DNA from: a virus
Virus record (IMG/VR): IMGVR_UViG_3300030329_002114
Location: 24,987 to 88,986 of that record
DNA length: 64,000 bases
Direction: 5' to 3' (one strand)
Shown here: positions 9,992 through 18,599 of the stretch, piece by piece
Position numbering within the stretch: the stretch's first letter is position 1
Layout: each line of letters begins with the position of its first letter
Translations under genes and position numbers: made by a program
The notes under the pieces: generated by a model
Database searches by the model: none
Told to the model about the DNA's origin: nothing
The model's input: only the letters and a program-made list of their open reading frames with translations

Positions 9992-11299
9992 ATGGCAAGT
10001 AATGCCAAAGTAATGACTCATACGGGTGTCTTATATAGTGATCGTAGAGATTTTTATATACGCCCTAATGTAGTTAAGGAACTGTGGACCGATGTTGCGC
10101 CTTTCACAACTGTGATTGCAAATCAAAACACTATGACTGGAATGGCTGATCCGCAGTTTAAAATGTTTGAACACCGCAACCCCTGGGCAAAGCAATACGC
10201 TCAAGTTCATTCAGATGCAAATAATCAAGCGTTTGATGCAGATAATGCTGAAGATGATCTAGAAATAAAGGCTGGTTCTATTGTAGGGATGGAAGGTGAA
10301 GGTACTAGAACTTCTTATGACAGTCATATAGGCTTAATGCTTGAAGTGTGGGATTCAACCAAGACAACCAAAAGAGGAGTTCTTCTTATCACCGATAAAG
10401 GCACAAACAAGTGGGTTTGTAAAAATATGGGTGATGCAACAGTTACTACTTCAACAGATGATTATTTATTTGTAGTTGGAAACGCTTATGGTGAAGGAAC
10501 TAATGCTGGAACTGCATGGAGCGATGAGCTAGCTGTAGTTTATAATCAATGTCAGATATTTAAAACACCACTGCAAATCACAGGTACTCTTTTAGAGGCT
10601 TCTTTGCGTGGAGAATCATCTGAATTGGCTAGACTTCGTGAGCAAAAATCACAAGAGCATAAGGTTCAAAAAGAAAGAGCTTTCTTATTTGGTCGCTCAC
10701 CAATTAATACAAGCGGCGGGTTTAATGATAACTCTTTAAGTGACACAAATGGTAATGTTGTTCGATCAACAATGGGTATTATCCCAGCAATTGAGAAGCA
10801 CGGTGCTTCTTCAGGTGACGATCAGAATATATTCGAAATTTCTGAGGCTAGTTATAGCTATGGAAGTTTTGTAGATGATATGGAAAAAGTTTTCCAATAT
10901 GTTCCTGAAGCTGGTATAAAACGTGCTTTCTGCGGAATGGGTGCTATGAGTTACTGGTCAAAAATGGCGGGTAGTTCAGGTTTGGCTGGAAACTCTGGTT
11001 GGACAGTAAATCTTGCAGATATGAAACGCGATTCATTGGGATTTAATTACAGAACCTTAGAGACACCTCACGGGGCGTTGCAGTTGATTCCAACTCCAGT
11101 CCTTAGAGATGCTTACAACAAAACAATGCTTGTTGTTTCTGATGATAATCTCTTTCACGCTCAATACAGAGCGCCAAAGTTCCAAGCGAATATCTTAACG
11201 GATGATGCTTACGATGGCGTAAAAGATCAATATTTTTCTGATGAAGGTATTGGTGTAAGTCTGATTGAAAGTCATAAGAAATTTTCCATCGTAGCATAA
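9992..11299 (+). CDS. major capsid protein, DUF5309/SU10-like (module A)
   Basis: Position; APF...N.CQIF...ERAFLFG...MGI...ETPHG pattern of this MCP family. Confidence 0.85.
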   Translation: MASNAKVMTHTGVLYSDRRDFYIRPNVVKELWTDVAPFTTVIANQNTMTGMADPQFKMFEHRNPWAKQYAQVHSDANNQAFDADNAEDDLEIKAGSIVGMEGEGTRTSYDSHIGLMLEVWDSTKTTKRGVLLITDKGTNKWVCKNMGDATVTTSTDDYLFVVGNAYGEGTNAGTAWSDELAVVYNQCQIFKTPLQITGTLLEASLRGESSELARLREQKSQEHKVQKERAFLFGRSPINTSGGFNDNSLSDTNGNVVRSTMGIIPAIEKHGASSGDDQNIFEISEASYSYGSFVDDMEKVFQYVPEAGIKRAFCGMGAMSYWSKMAGSSGLAGNSGWTVNLADMKRDSLGFNYRTLETPHGALQLIPTPVLRDAYNKTMLVVSDDNLFHAQYRAPKFQANILTDDAYDGVKDQYFSDEGIGVSLIESHKKFSIVA

Positions 11300-11311
11300 G
11301 GGAGGTTATTT

Positions 11312-11722
11312 ATGGCTAGACCTTATTTAGGTGGTTCGAATGCAGGTATAAAAGCGGTAAGTGCTGATGTGACATTACAACCTGCAGATTCTGGTAAAAA
11401 AATAGTTGTTGATGCAAGCGCAGCAGCAAACTTTACAATTACTTTACCAGCAACTGCATCCAGCAAAGGTTTTGAGTACGATATAGTTCTTGGAGTGGCA
11501 AGCAATGCTGCTGCAGAAGTGTTGGTTACTTCAGATACAAATATTGTTGGAGGGGTAATACTAAATGGCACGGGGGCAGTTACTGCAATAACATCTGGTG
11601 CAAGCAGAGGATTTGGAGATGCTTCAGACGCTGGTTCGCGTATGCACATAGTTTGCGATGGTTCACAATGGATTATCTTAAATGCAAATAGCGATGTAGC
11701 ATTTGTTACTGCATTCTCTTAA
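11312..11722 (+). CDS. putative capsid decoration/cement protein
   Basis: Follows MCP; TL..ADSGK...ITLPA...CDG..W beta-rich fold. Confidence 0.65.
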   Translation: MARPYLGGSNAGIKAVSADVTLQPADSGKKIVVDASAAANFTITLPATASSKGFEYDIVLGVASNAAAEVLVTSDTNIVGGVILNGTGAVTAITSGASRGFGDASDAGSRMHIVCDGSQWIILNANSDVAFVTAFS

Positions 11723-11732
11723 TCGAGATAAC

Positions 11733-11773
11733 TAAACAAAACGTGTTGGGGGGGCTTAATGCCCCTCCAATAT
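11733..11773 (+). terminator. conserved GC-rich hairpin after the capsid genes (no U tract)
   Basis: GTGTTGGGGGGGC/GCCCCTCCAATAT; equivalent at 58325-58365. Confidence 0.55.
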
Positions 11774-11783
11774 CGGAGATAAT

Positions 11784-12125
11784 ATGACACAAAAACAGAT
11801 GATAGAATTGGTTCAGCAACATCATCCCGATATGGGGCAAACTGAAGCACGGATTCATTTAGGTCACGCATTAAGAGATTTTTGTGCAAAATCTAGAATA
11901 TTGAAAAAAACATACAGATTAACAGTAGCAACTAATAGTACAACGGGAAATGCTAATACTTATTATCCTTTTACAGGTTTAGCTGATCTTGCGGATACGT
12001 CTACTACAGACGGAGAAAGAATTTTAGAAATTGAAAGAGTAGATTATGATGGATATGAAATACCAAGGATTATTGATGGTCATGAAAAATTTATTCCAGA
12101 TGGTGAGGCTGTAGGTAATTTCTAA
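11784..12125 (+). CDS. putative head-tail adaptor, N-terminal part
   Basis: MT..Q.IE.V...LN.A..DFC pattern; homolog at 58376. Confidence 0.55.
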   Translation: MTQKQMIELVQQHHPDMGQTEARIHLGHALRDFCAKSRILKKTYRLTVATNSTTGNANTYYPFTGLADLADTSTTDGERILEIERVDYDGYEIPRIIDGHEKFIPDGEAVGNF

Positions 12126-12538
12126 TGAGTGATAAAAAAAATGCAGAAAAAAAAGTATGGTGGATTCATAACAATAAAAGTATAGGACTCGCTCAAAGAA
12201 CTGAAAATACTGATGGTTCAAAGTATTCTGCTATAGCATCATCTGACGTTGGTAAGTATGCGTACATCCAAGCGATTGTAATGGATGAGGGATTTGGAAA
12301 AGTAGATACACCTGATGGTTCAATAGGTATGTTAGAATCTCCAAATATACCCGAGGAATTCCACGAAGCTTTAACCTATTATGTTATTGCCAAGGGGTAT
12401 GAAAAAACACCTGAAGGAAAGGGCTTAAATCAAGCTATGTACTTTAGAAGGCTTTATAAAGAATTGGTTAACGAAGCTAAGAAAAATTCAAACAGAGAAA
12501 AATCGGGTGTTTACTCGGTGAAAGGGTATGATTTTTAA
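12125..12538 (+). CDS. putative head-tail adaptor, C-terminal part
   Basis: PNIPEEFHEAL.YY.IAK motif typical of adaptor C-termini; homolog at 58629. Confidence 0.6.
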   Translation: MSDKKNAEKKVWWIHNNKSIGLAQRTENTDGSKYSAIASSDVGKYAYIQAIVMDEGFGKVDTPDGSIGMLESPNIPEEFHEALTYYVIAKGYEKTPEGKGLNQAMYFRRLYKELVNEAKKNSNREKSGVYSVKGYDF

Positions 12539-13263
12539 TGTCGTATTCACTTTCAATAAGTTTTAAAACTGGAATAGAAGATTTAATAGGAGCTGTTGGT
12601 GATGATGATTTAATAACTCAAGCTATTAGACAAGCTGGTGCTGATGTAATTAATGCTATGCCACATCAGTCATTAGCTAGATACACTAGAACAGCAGCAA
12701 TTACTACAGGGTCAGATGGAATTAGTATTAGAGATTACCACGTAATTTCTGTTGATAAAGACAATCATCAAGCAAAACAAATTCCCGTATCTGATAAAGC
12801 AAAATACAACGATGTAAATTCTATATACGGGGCAGTTAACACTGATCCTGTGTACTACATAAAAAATGAAACTTTGTATGTTATAGGAAATGCGGGGTCA
12901 AGTGAAACAACTGCAAATGTAAACTACATACCTATTATGCCAGTATCGGATGTTAGTATGAATACATCTTTAGAACACGGTTCTACTCAAGATTTCAATT
13001 TTCCGCAAGAATGCGATCATTTATTAATAATAGGTGGTGCTATGTACTGTTTAAATAGGTTGATTTCAGATGCAGTTACTCAAATGAAAACTTATGTCAA
13101 TACAGATGAAGATGTTGAACTGGCAAATGCTCAACAAGGAATTATTGACAGATATACTGCTTTAAAGCAGTCTTTAACTCAAGATTATAATTTAAAATTA
13201 CAAATATTTTTAAACCAAGACACCCATGAGAGGAGTCAAGCTCGGGAAGGTGTCGTAGCTTAG
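12538..13263 (+). CDS. virion structural/adaptor-like protein
   Basis: Homolog at 59290 (IEDLIG.VGDDDLI, DPVYYI, TDEDVELA). Confidence 0.6.
   Translation: MSYSLSISFKTGIEDLIGAVGDDDLITQAIRQAGADVINAMPHQSLARYTRTAAITTGSDGISIRDYHVISVDKDNHQAKQIPVSDKAKYNDVNSIYGAVNTDPVYYIKNETLYVIGNAGSSETTANVNYIPIMPVSDVSMNTSLEHGSTQDFNFPQECDHLLIIGGAMYCLNRLISDAVTQMKTYVNTDEDVELANAQQGIIDRYTALKQSLTQDYNLKLQIFLNQDTHERSQAREGVVA
13213..13254 (+). ncRNA. covarying cis-regulatory RNA motif upstream of the spike-base gene
   Basis: Conserved with 60848-60888 with compensatory stem changes. Confidence 0.6.
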
Positions 13264-13273
13264 GAGAAACAAG

Positions 13274-13549
13274 ATGGCTGAATTACAAAAATATTCCGTA
13301 AAGGAATCACTAAATCAATTATTATACGATAGCGCAGTAGCAGTCTCCCCTGATAATGACAATGATGTAACTGGAGCTCCATACAAAGCATTATATGTAG
13401 GTGTCGGAGGAGATGTTGCGTTAGACTTAAATAATAGCGGTGAGGCTATTGTATTTAAAAATCTAGCAAGTGGTCAGGTATTACCCGTTGTTTTTGATAG
13501 GGTAGACGCTACAGGAACAACTGCAACCAATTTAATAGCGTTGAAATAA
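13274..13549 (+). CDS. head spike base protein, RcGTA Rcc01079-like
   Basis: ALYVGVGGDV...FKNL.SG..LPV...RV.ATGTTAT.LIAL signature. Confidence 0.75.
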   Translation: MAELQKYSVKESLNQLLYDSAVAVSPDNDNDVTGAPYKALYVGVGGDVALDLNNSGEAIVFKNLASGQVLPVVFDRVDATGTTATNLIALK

Positions 13550-13680
13550 TGCTAGGGGCAATCAGACAAGTAGCTGTGAACTTTGTTCAGACAATATTAG
13601 ATGCTGGATGGGGTGGGGCAGAAGCAATTATGCTTAAATGGGAGGAAACAAAAACCAATTGGGAAGATTTAACGGGATAA
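13549..13680 (+). CDS. 43-aa protein (homolog 61276-61413)
   Basis: Hand-translated; TAATG coupling; W......WED C-terminus shared with module B. Confidence 0.6.
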   Translation: MLGAIRQVAVNFVQTILDAGWGGAEAIMLKWEETKTNWEDLTG

Positions 13681-13684
13681 TATT

Positions 13685-15442
13685 ATGGCAACTTTAACAG
13701 GTAAAAAAGTAAGCGAGAGTTACAAAGACTTACTACAAGTTTCAAATTCAAATAGTGGTGTAGATGCTACACTCAGAACAGTAGAAGATGGCGAAGGAAC
13801 TTCTGCTGGTGTCCAGTTATCAACAACGGATACAAGTTTTAATGGTAATCATATTTTAAACGAGCAAGGCAGACAAAATCATGTAGTAAGTACAATGCCC
13901 TCTCCATATTATCATTTTGATGGCACAAATGATTATATAAGTCTAGCAGATGATGACAGACTTTCCTTCAGTCCAAAATTAAGCATTTCTATCTGGTTTA
14001 AATGCAAAGAAAGTACAATTAGTGGTGGTGAGGTTTTAATTAATAAATATAACGGAACTGGTAGTAATCGAGAATATACATTATATTTTGGTACAGACGA
14101 AAAATTAAATATTGGTATTAGTCCAACTGGTGGAGATGATGCTGTTGGAAGAGCAACTCCAGTACTTTCTAATTTAGACAAATGGAATCACGCTGTAGTT
14201 GTTTGGGATAGCGATTATTCAACTGGAACAATAAAGATATACATAAATGGTATTGACCAAGGAACATTAACTGGTTCAGGCACTATTCCTACAGTTATGG
14301 CTAATAAAACTTCTATTCTTACTATTGGGGCTAATGCTTCTGGTGCTGATAACTTTACTGGTGATATTGGACAAGTACAATTATGGAATATAGCACTTAG
14401 TGCATCTCAAGTTAAAGATTTGTATTCTGGAAAAAGCGTAGAGTACAAATATCAAGGTTCGCCCAATACAGAACTTATTACAAATGGCACAATGGAAGCC
14501 GACAGTAACTGGGCAGATAGAGGCTCTGTTACAACTAGTCGTTCATCAGAACAAGCAAAAACTGGAACATACTCTCGAAAAGTCGTTGCATCTGGCAGTG
14601 CTAGTGGTTGGGGGATAGACTCAGATACTTTTACTACAGTTGCTGGTAAGCAATATAGATTATCTCTTTGGGTTTATCCAGACGATTCTACTCATATGAG
14701 GATTTTATTACACGATGGTGGTGGTGGTGTTATTTACAGTAATGATGGCACAGGAATACTTGATAATTTAACACAAGACGCTTGGAATCATATTGAATAT
14801 GACTTTGTTTCGGTAACTGGTGGCTCATCAGCACAGGTTAAATTAATGTATAAAGATGGCGAGGATGGCACTATATACTTTGATGATGTTTCTGTAAAGC
14901 AACTAGGCTGTACTCTAGAATTAGATGGTTCAGGTGTTGCATCTGATAAATGGTTAGATAAATCAGGAAACGATTTACATGGAACTCTTGGAGATGGAAG
15001 TGATGCTACAAAAAATCCAGCTTTAGCTAATGCCCCTTCAGGTGATGATGGTTTAGTTTATGAAGAAGGCGATTTTACTCCTGCAATAAAATTTGGCAGT
15101 GGCACAACTGGGATTACATACCATGCAAATACAGTTGGTAAATACTACAGAATTGGAAATACAGTTTTTATTACTGCAAATATTAAACTAACCAGCAAAG
15201 GTTCTTCTAGTGGTAATGCAAGAGTAACTGGGTTGCCTTATTCAGTCAATAGTGGGGCTGAACTCTCTGGGTTTGTTATGCCATATTGGACATTTACAAG
15301 TGGAAGTCATACAGGATTACAGGGGTCTGGTACTGAAATCGCTCTTTATGATAAAGCAGATGCTGGGTCAGTTGATTATATCACTGATGGAGATTTTGCA
15401 GATACTACAGAGTTTGGATTTTCAGGAACTTTCAATATATAA
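13685..15442 (+). CDS. fibre/receptor-binding protein with LamG-like and CBM4/9-like domains
   Basis: FDGTNDY...ISIWFK...WNHAVVVW...IYING...IG...FTGDIGQVQLWN.AL (LamG); LITNGTME...YRLSLWV...IYFDDVSVK (CBM). Confidence 0.8.
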   Translation: MATLTGKKVSESYKDLLQVSNSNSGVDATLRTVEDGEGTSAGVQLSTTDTSFNGNHILNEQGRQNHVVSTMPSPYYHFDGTNDYISLADDDRLSFSPKLSISIWFKCKESTISGGEVLINKYNGTGSNREYTLYFGTDEKLNIGISPTGGDDAVGRATPVLSNLDKWNHAVVVWDSDYSTGTIKIYINGIDQGTLTGSGTIPTVMANKTSILTIGANASGADNFTGDIGQVQLWNIALSASQVKDLYSGKSVEYKYQGSPNTELITNGTMEADSNWADRGSVTTSRSSEQAKTGTYSRKVVASGSASGWGIDSDTFTTVAGKQYRLSLWVYPDDSTHMRILLHDGGGGVIYSNDGTGILDNLTQDAWNHIEYDFVSVTGGSSAQVKLMYKDGEDGTIYFDDVSVKQLGCTLELDGSGVASDKWLDKSGNDLHGTLGDGSDATKNPALANAPSGDDGLVYEEGDFTPAIKFGSGTTGITYHANTVGKYYRIGNTVFITANIKLTSKGSSSGNARVTGLPYSVNSGAELSGFVMPYWTFTSGSHTGLQGSGTEIALYDKADAGSVDYITDGDFADTTEFGFSGTFNI

Positions 15443-15475
15443 ATTTTTTAATTGGATAATTAAAAGGAGTCAGTA

Positions 15476-15853
15476 ATGGCATTAGAAAAAGTGGTCGAAG
15501 TAGACCAAGTTGAAGTAAAAGGTGATTACTCAATACAAGTAAGAACTGCGACAAAAGTAATGGATGGTGGCAGTCAGATTGGTAGCACAAGTTATCATCG
15601 TCATGTGGTTCATCCAGATTCTGTACTTACATCAGAAGATGCAAAGGTAAAAAAGATTGCTGAAGCATTATGGGGCGATACAGAAAAAGAAGAATACTTT
15701 GTTTCTCAAAATGGACACCCAAGTGGTGAACCAGCAAATAGTTGGACAGCAGTTCAGCTTAAAACTTATTTAAAAAACAATGGAATTTCTTATACAGAAT
15801 CAGAAGCAAAATCTAGCTTACTTACAAAGGCAAAAGATAAGTATAACGAATAA
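15476..15853 (+). CDS. fibre-associated protein with C-terminal LEM/HeH-like motif
   Basis: IQVRTAT...YHRHV..P...ED..V..IAEALW; WT..QLK.YL..NGI.Y.....K..LL tail; homolog at 62730. Confidence 0.6.
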   Translation: MALEKVVEVDQVEVKGDYSIQVRTATKVMDGGSQIGSTSYHRHVVHPDSVLTSEDAKVKKIAEALWGDTEKEEYFVSQNGHPSGEPANSWTAVQLKTYLKNNGISYTESEAKSSLLTKAKDKYNE

Positions 15854-16146
15854 TGACTAATAAGTCCTTGAATAATAAGAGCCTAATTAAGAAAGTTCAA
15901 ATAAGTTTAGGTATTTATATCTCTTCAATCCTCGTGCTTTTAATAATTGCATATGGAATGGGTTGCAGGGATACTTATATAGCTGGATATTCTTTAAACC
16001 CAGATACGACAACACATAATTCAACTATCTTTAATGAAATTGTTGATGCTGATAGCTCTGTTCATTGGTATGTGAAGTTGTACGATGGTGAGTTATGGTG
16101 CTACTTCCACAATCGCTATGAAATGGTAAAACGTGTCAGAAGATAG
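15853..16146 (+). CDS. membrane or lipoprotein-like protein
   Basis: Hydrophobic helix ending MGC; homolog at 63225. Confidence 0.6.
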   Translation: MTNKSLNNKSLIKKVQISLGIYISSILVLLIIAYGMGCRDTYIAGYSLNPDTTTHNSTIFNEIVDADSSVHWYVKLYDGELWCYFHNRYEMVKRVRR

Positions 16147-16206
16147 CGAAATACATTTTTGGATAGGCGTAACTGGATTTATTTGGGTCTTTATATTGAT
16201 TGTTAG

Positions 16207-16545
16207 ATGGCTAATAGGTCTGTAGATGGAAAACCTAAAACCGCTAGAAGTATACGAGGCGATGTCATTGATGACAATCTCGCCCTCAATATTAATATTA
16301 AGTGGTTGGGTCAGCTTTTGGTGCTTGTTGGCGGACTTTTTTATGGAGCTTGGCGTATTGAAAATCGTATCACAGTACTGGAACAAAGGATGGCTGAAGC
16401 TAATGAACAAATATCCGAGCTTGTTTCAAAACATATATCTGAAGAACGTATTAGATATGAAAAGATGGAGGAAGAACTTCAATGGTATCAAAAAGAGCTC
16501 AACCTAAATCCCCTAAGTTGGCGAAAAAAGAAAAAAAGAAAGTAA
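16207..16545 (+). CDS. membrane protein with coiled coil
   Basis: One TM helix plus coiled coil; near-identical copy at 63564. Confidence 0.7.
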   Translation: MANRSVDGKPKTARSIRGDVIDDNLALNINIKWLGQLLVLVGGLFYGAWRIENRITVLEQRMAEANEQISELVSKHISEERIRYEKMEEELQWYQKELNLNPLSWRKKKKRK

Positions 16546-16606
16546 TTGGGTTTATGGAAGTTTGTGCAAAGGTAGAGTCTATAATAAGAGGCAATGGAAA
16601 TAATTA

Positions 16607-16927
16607 ATGGAAGAATTTTTAGCATTATACTCCGAAGCAGGAATGATCGGTGTTGTAGGGGCAATGTTTGTCTTTATGGTATATCAAAATGCTAAAAGAG
16701 CAGAACAGCAAGGTGAAGCTATACAAGAATTAAAAATAGAAAATAAAGGTCAGTCTGAGACTTTAGAAAACTTAGAAAGCATTGTATTAAAAATGTTAGA
16801 TAGGTGGAACAAGTCTGATGAAACATCTTTAAGGCATCGAGAAGATATAACTAAAGAATTAAATGAGCTGTCAGATAAAGTTTCTTATATGTCTGGTAGA
16901 ATTAATGGAGGCAATAGCAATAGATAA
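16607..16927 (+). CDS. holin-like membrane protein
   Basis: N-terminal TM helix plus coiled coil in the lysis cluster. Confidence 0.55.
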   Translation: MEEFLALYSEAGMIGVVGAMFVFMVYQNAKRAEQQGEAIQELKIENKGQSETLENLESIVLKMLDRWNKSDETSLRHREDITKELNELSDKVSYMSGRINGGNSNR

Positions 16928-17142
16928 TGGACTATGAACCTATAGACGTTTATCGTAATGATGTTAAAGAACGCCTTACGAGAATTGAAACAATTCTTAA
17001 TAGAGAGCTGCCAGATATTAAAGATCAATTAAAAGCTTTAAATGGCAGAACTAGCTCTTTAGAAAATTGGCGTAGTTATATGCTAGGTGGCATAGCTATA
17101 TTAACAGTAATAATAACTTGGAGTAATAAATGGATTGGATGA
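16927..17142 (+). CDS. small coiled-coil/TM protein
   Basis: ERLTRIET...LNGR...LENW plus C-terminal TM helix. Confidence 0.6.
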   Translation: MDYEPIDVYRNDVKERLTRIETILNRELPDIKDQLKALNGRTSSLENWRSYMLGGIAILTVIITWSNKWIG

Positions 17143-17363
17143 ACTGGACTAATTTTGCATATGCTATGGTTTTGGTATTTACGATTATGGGCACGATGGT
17201 TGCTCAAAAGTACCGTATCGTAGTAAAGGAGTTAAAGGATGTGGCTCAGAAGTACAAAGAAGCGTCTAAGGATGGTAAAATTTCAGAAAAAGAAAAAGAA
17301 CAACTGGCTAAAGAGTGTATGGATGTTATCATGGCTCTTGTTAAGCTCGTGTGGAGATTCTAA
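17130..17363 (+). CDS. putative holin
   Basis: N-terminal TM helix, DGKIS..E motif, directly before the endolysin. Confidence 0.5.
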   Translation: MDWMNWTNFAYAMVLVFTIMGTMVAQKYRIVVKELKDVAQKYKEASKDGKISEKEKEQLAKECMDVIMALVKLVWRF

Positions 17364-17364
17364 T

Positions 17365-17841
17365 TTGTTAAATTCTAAACAAATAAAAGAAATTATCTCT
17401 GATACTTTAAAGGATATAGATTTACATAGCGATGAAGCTGTCAGTCTTATCTATAATACTGGATTAGTTGAAAGCAGATATGAATACCTTAAACAAATCA
17501 AAGGGCCAGCGAAAGGTCTCTGGCAGTGTGAAAGTTGGGTGGCTGTAGATATATGTAAGAATTATTTAAAGTATAGAGAGCCTTTGATGAAAAAAGTAGC
17601 GAAGGCTTGTAAGTTAGAATGGAAGTATTTTTTAGACCCAAAAGAATCAGAGTGGGAAAATATACTTACTACTAATATATCAGCTCAAATAGCTATGTGT
17701 AGATTGCATTATAGGAGAGTCCCAAAACCTCTACCTAAAACAATTGAAGAGCAAGCGTCACAATGGAAAGTCTATTATAATACATCAAAGGGTAAAGGTA
17801 CTGTAGAAAAGTTTCTACAAATAGTTAAACAATACGGATGA
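17365..17841 (+). CDS. putative endolysin (lysozyme/transglycosylase-like fold)
   Basis: TTG start after GGAG; ES...YLKQ..GPAKGLWQ.E...RLHY.R...WK.YYNT..G.G pattern. Confidence 0.65.
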   Translation: MLNSKQIKEIISDTLKDIDLHSDEAVSLIYNTGLVESRYEYLKQIKGPAKGLWQCESWVAVDICKNYLKYREPLMKKVAKACKLEWKYFLDPKESEWENILTTNISAQIAMCRLHYRRVPKPLPKTIEEQASQWKVYYNTSKGKGTVEKFLQIVKQYG

Positions 17842-18599
17842 AAATAAAAGAGACAGTAGTTGTGTTCCCAGATATACATTTTCCAAATCATGACGAAAAA
17901 GCATTTAATTGTGCTTTAAACATTATTAAGAAAGTCAAGCCTACTGGTTTTCTATGTTTAGGAGATTTTGCAGATGGTGAGTCTGTAAGCCATTGGCAAT
18001 GGAGAAAAAAGAAAAGACCACCTACAGAATATCAATTACCTATGATATATAAAGAAATAGATGAAGTTAATGAAGGGTTGGATCAAATTGATTCTGCGTT
18101 AAAATCCGTAAAGTGTAAAAAGAAAATTATGGTACAAGGTAATCATGAACTTTGGTTCGATAACTTTGTTGAAGAAAATCCATACTTAGATCACTTAGGT
18201 TCTAGAAAGGCTTTTAAGATAGACTCTAGAGGCTATAAATGGTACCCATATGGAAAGATCTTTAAAGTTTTAGGGTCTAAGCTATATGCTTATCATGGCG
18301 GCCATTACGGAGGTATTGCACATGCAAGAACCCATGCTTTGCAATTTGGTTGTAACATTATTTATGGACACACACATGACAGTCAAAAGGCAACTGTTCA
18401 ACATATTGATGGAGCACACATGGCTCATTCTTTAGGGTGCCTTACAGACATGACAAAAGATTATTTAAAAGGCAGACCTACTAACTGGAGCCATAATGTA
18501 GGAGTTGTGGATATATTTACAAACGGCAATTTTAATTTAGTTGTACTGGAGATAGTCAATGGATATACGAGTTATTGTGGAGAAATAATAAGTGCCTAA
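17838..18599 (+). CDS. calcineurin-like metallophosphoesterase
   Basis: DIH, LGDFAD, GNHE, HG and GHTH motifs. Confidence 0.9.
   Translation: MKIKETVVVFPDIHFPNHDEKAFNCALNIIKKVKPTGFLCLGDFADGESVSHWQWRKKKRPPTEYQLPMIYKEIDEVNEGLDQIDSALKSVKCKKKIMVQGNHELWFDNFVEENPYLDHLGSRKAFKIDSRGYKWYPYGKIFKVLGSKLYAYHGGHYGGIAHARTHALQFGCNIIYGHTHDSQKATVQHIDGAHMAHSLGCLTDMTKDYLKGRPTNWSHNVGVVDIFTNGNFNLVVLEIVNGYTSYCGEIISA

Noticed and set aside
13685-16640. Diversity-generating retroelement template/variable repeats
   Set aside because: No reverse transcriptase; differences between the repeated segments are not adenine-specific
17239-17364. N-terminal lipoprotein-like extension of the endolysin ORF (LLLSSC)
   Set aside because: Overlaps the holin-like gene; a TTG start with GGAG at 17365 fits better, although an embedded o-spanin-like start cannot be fully excluded
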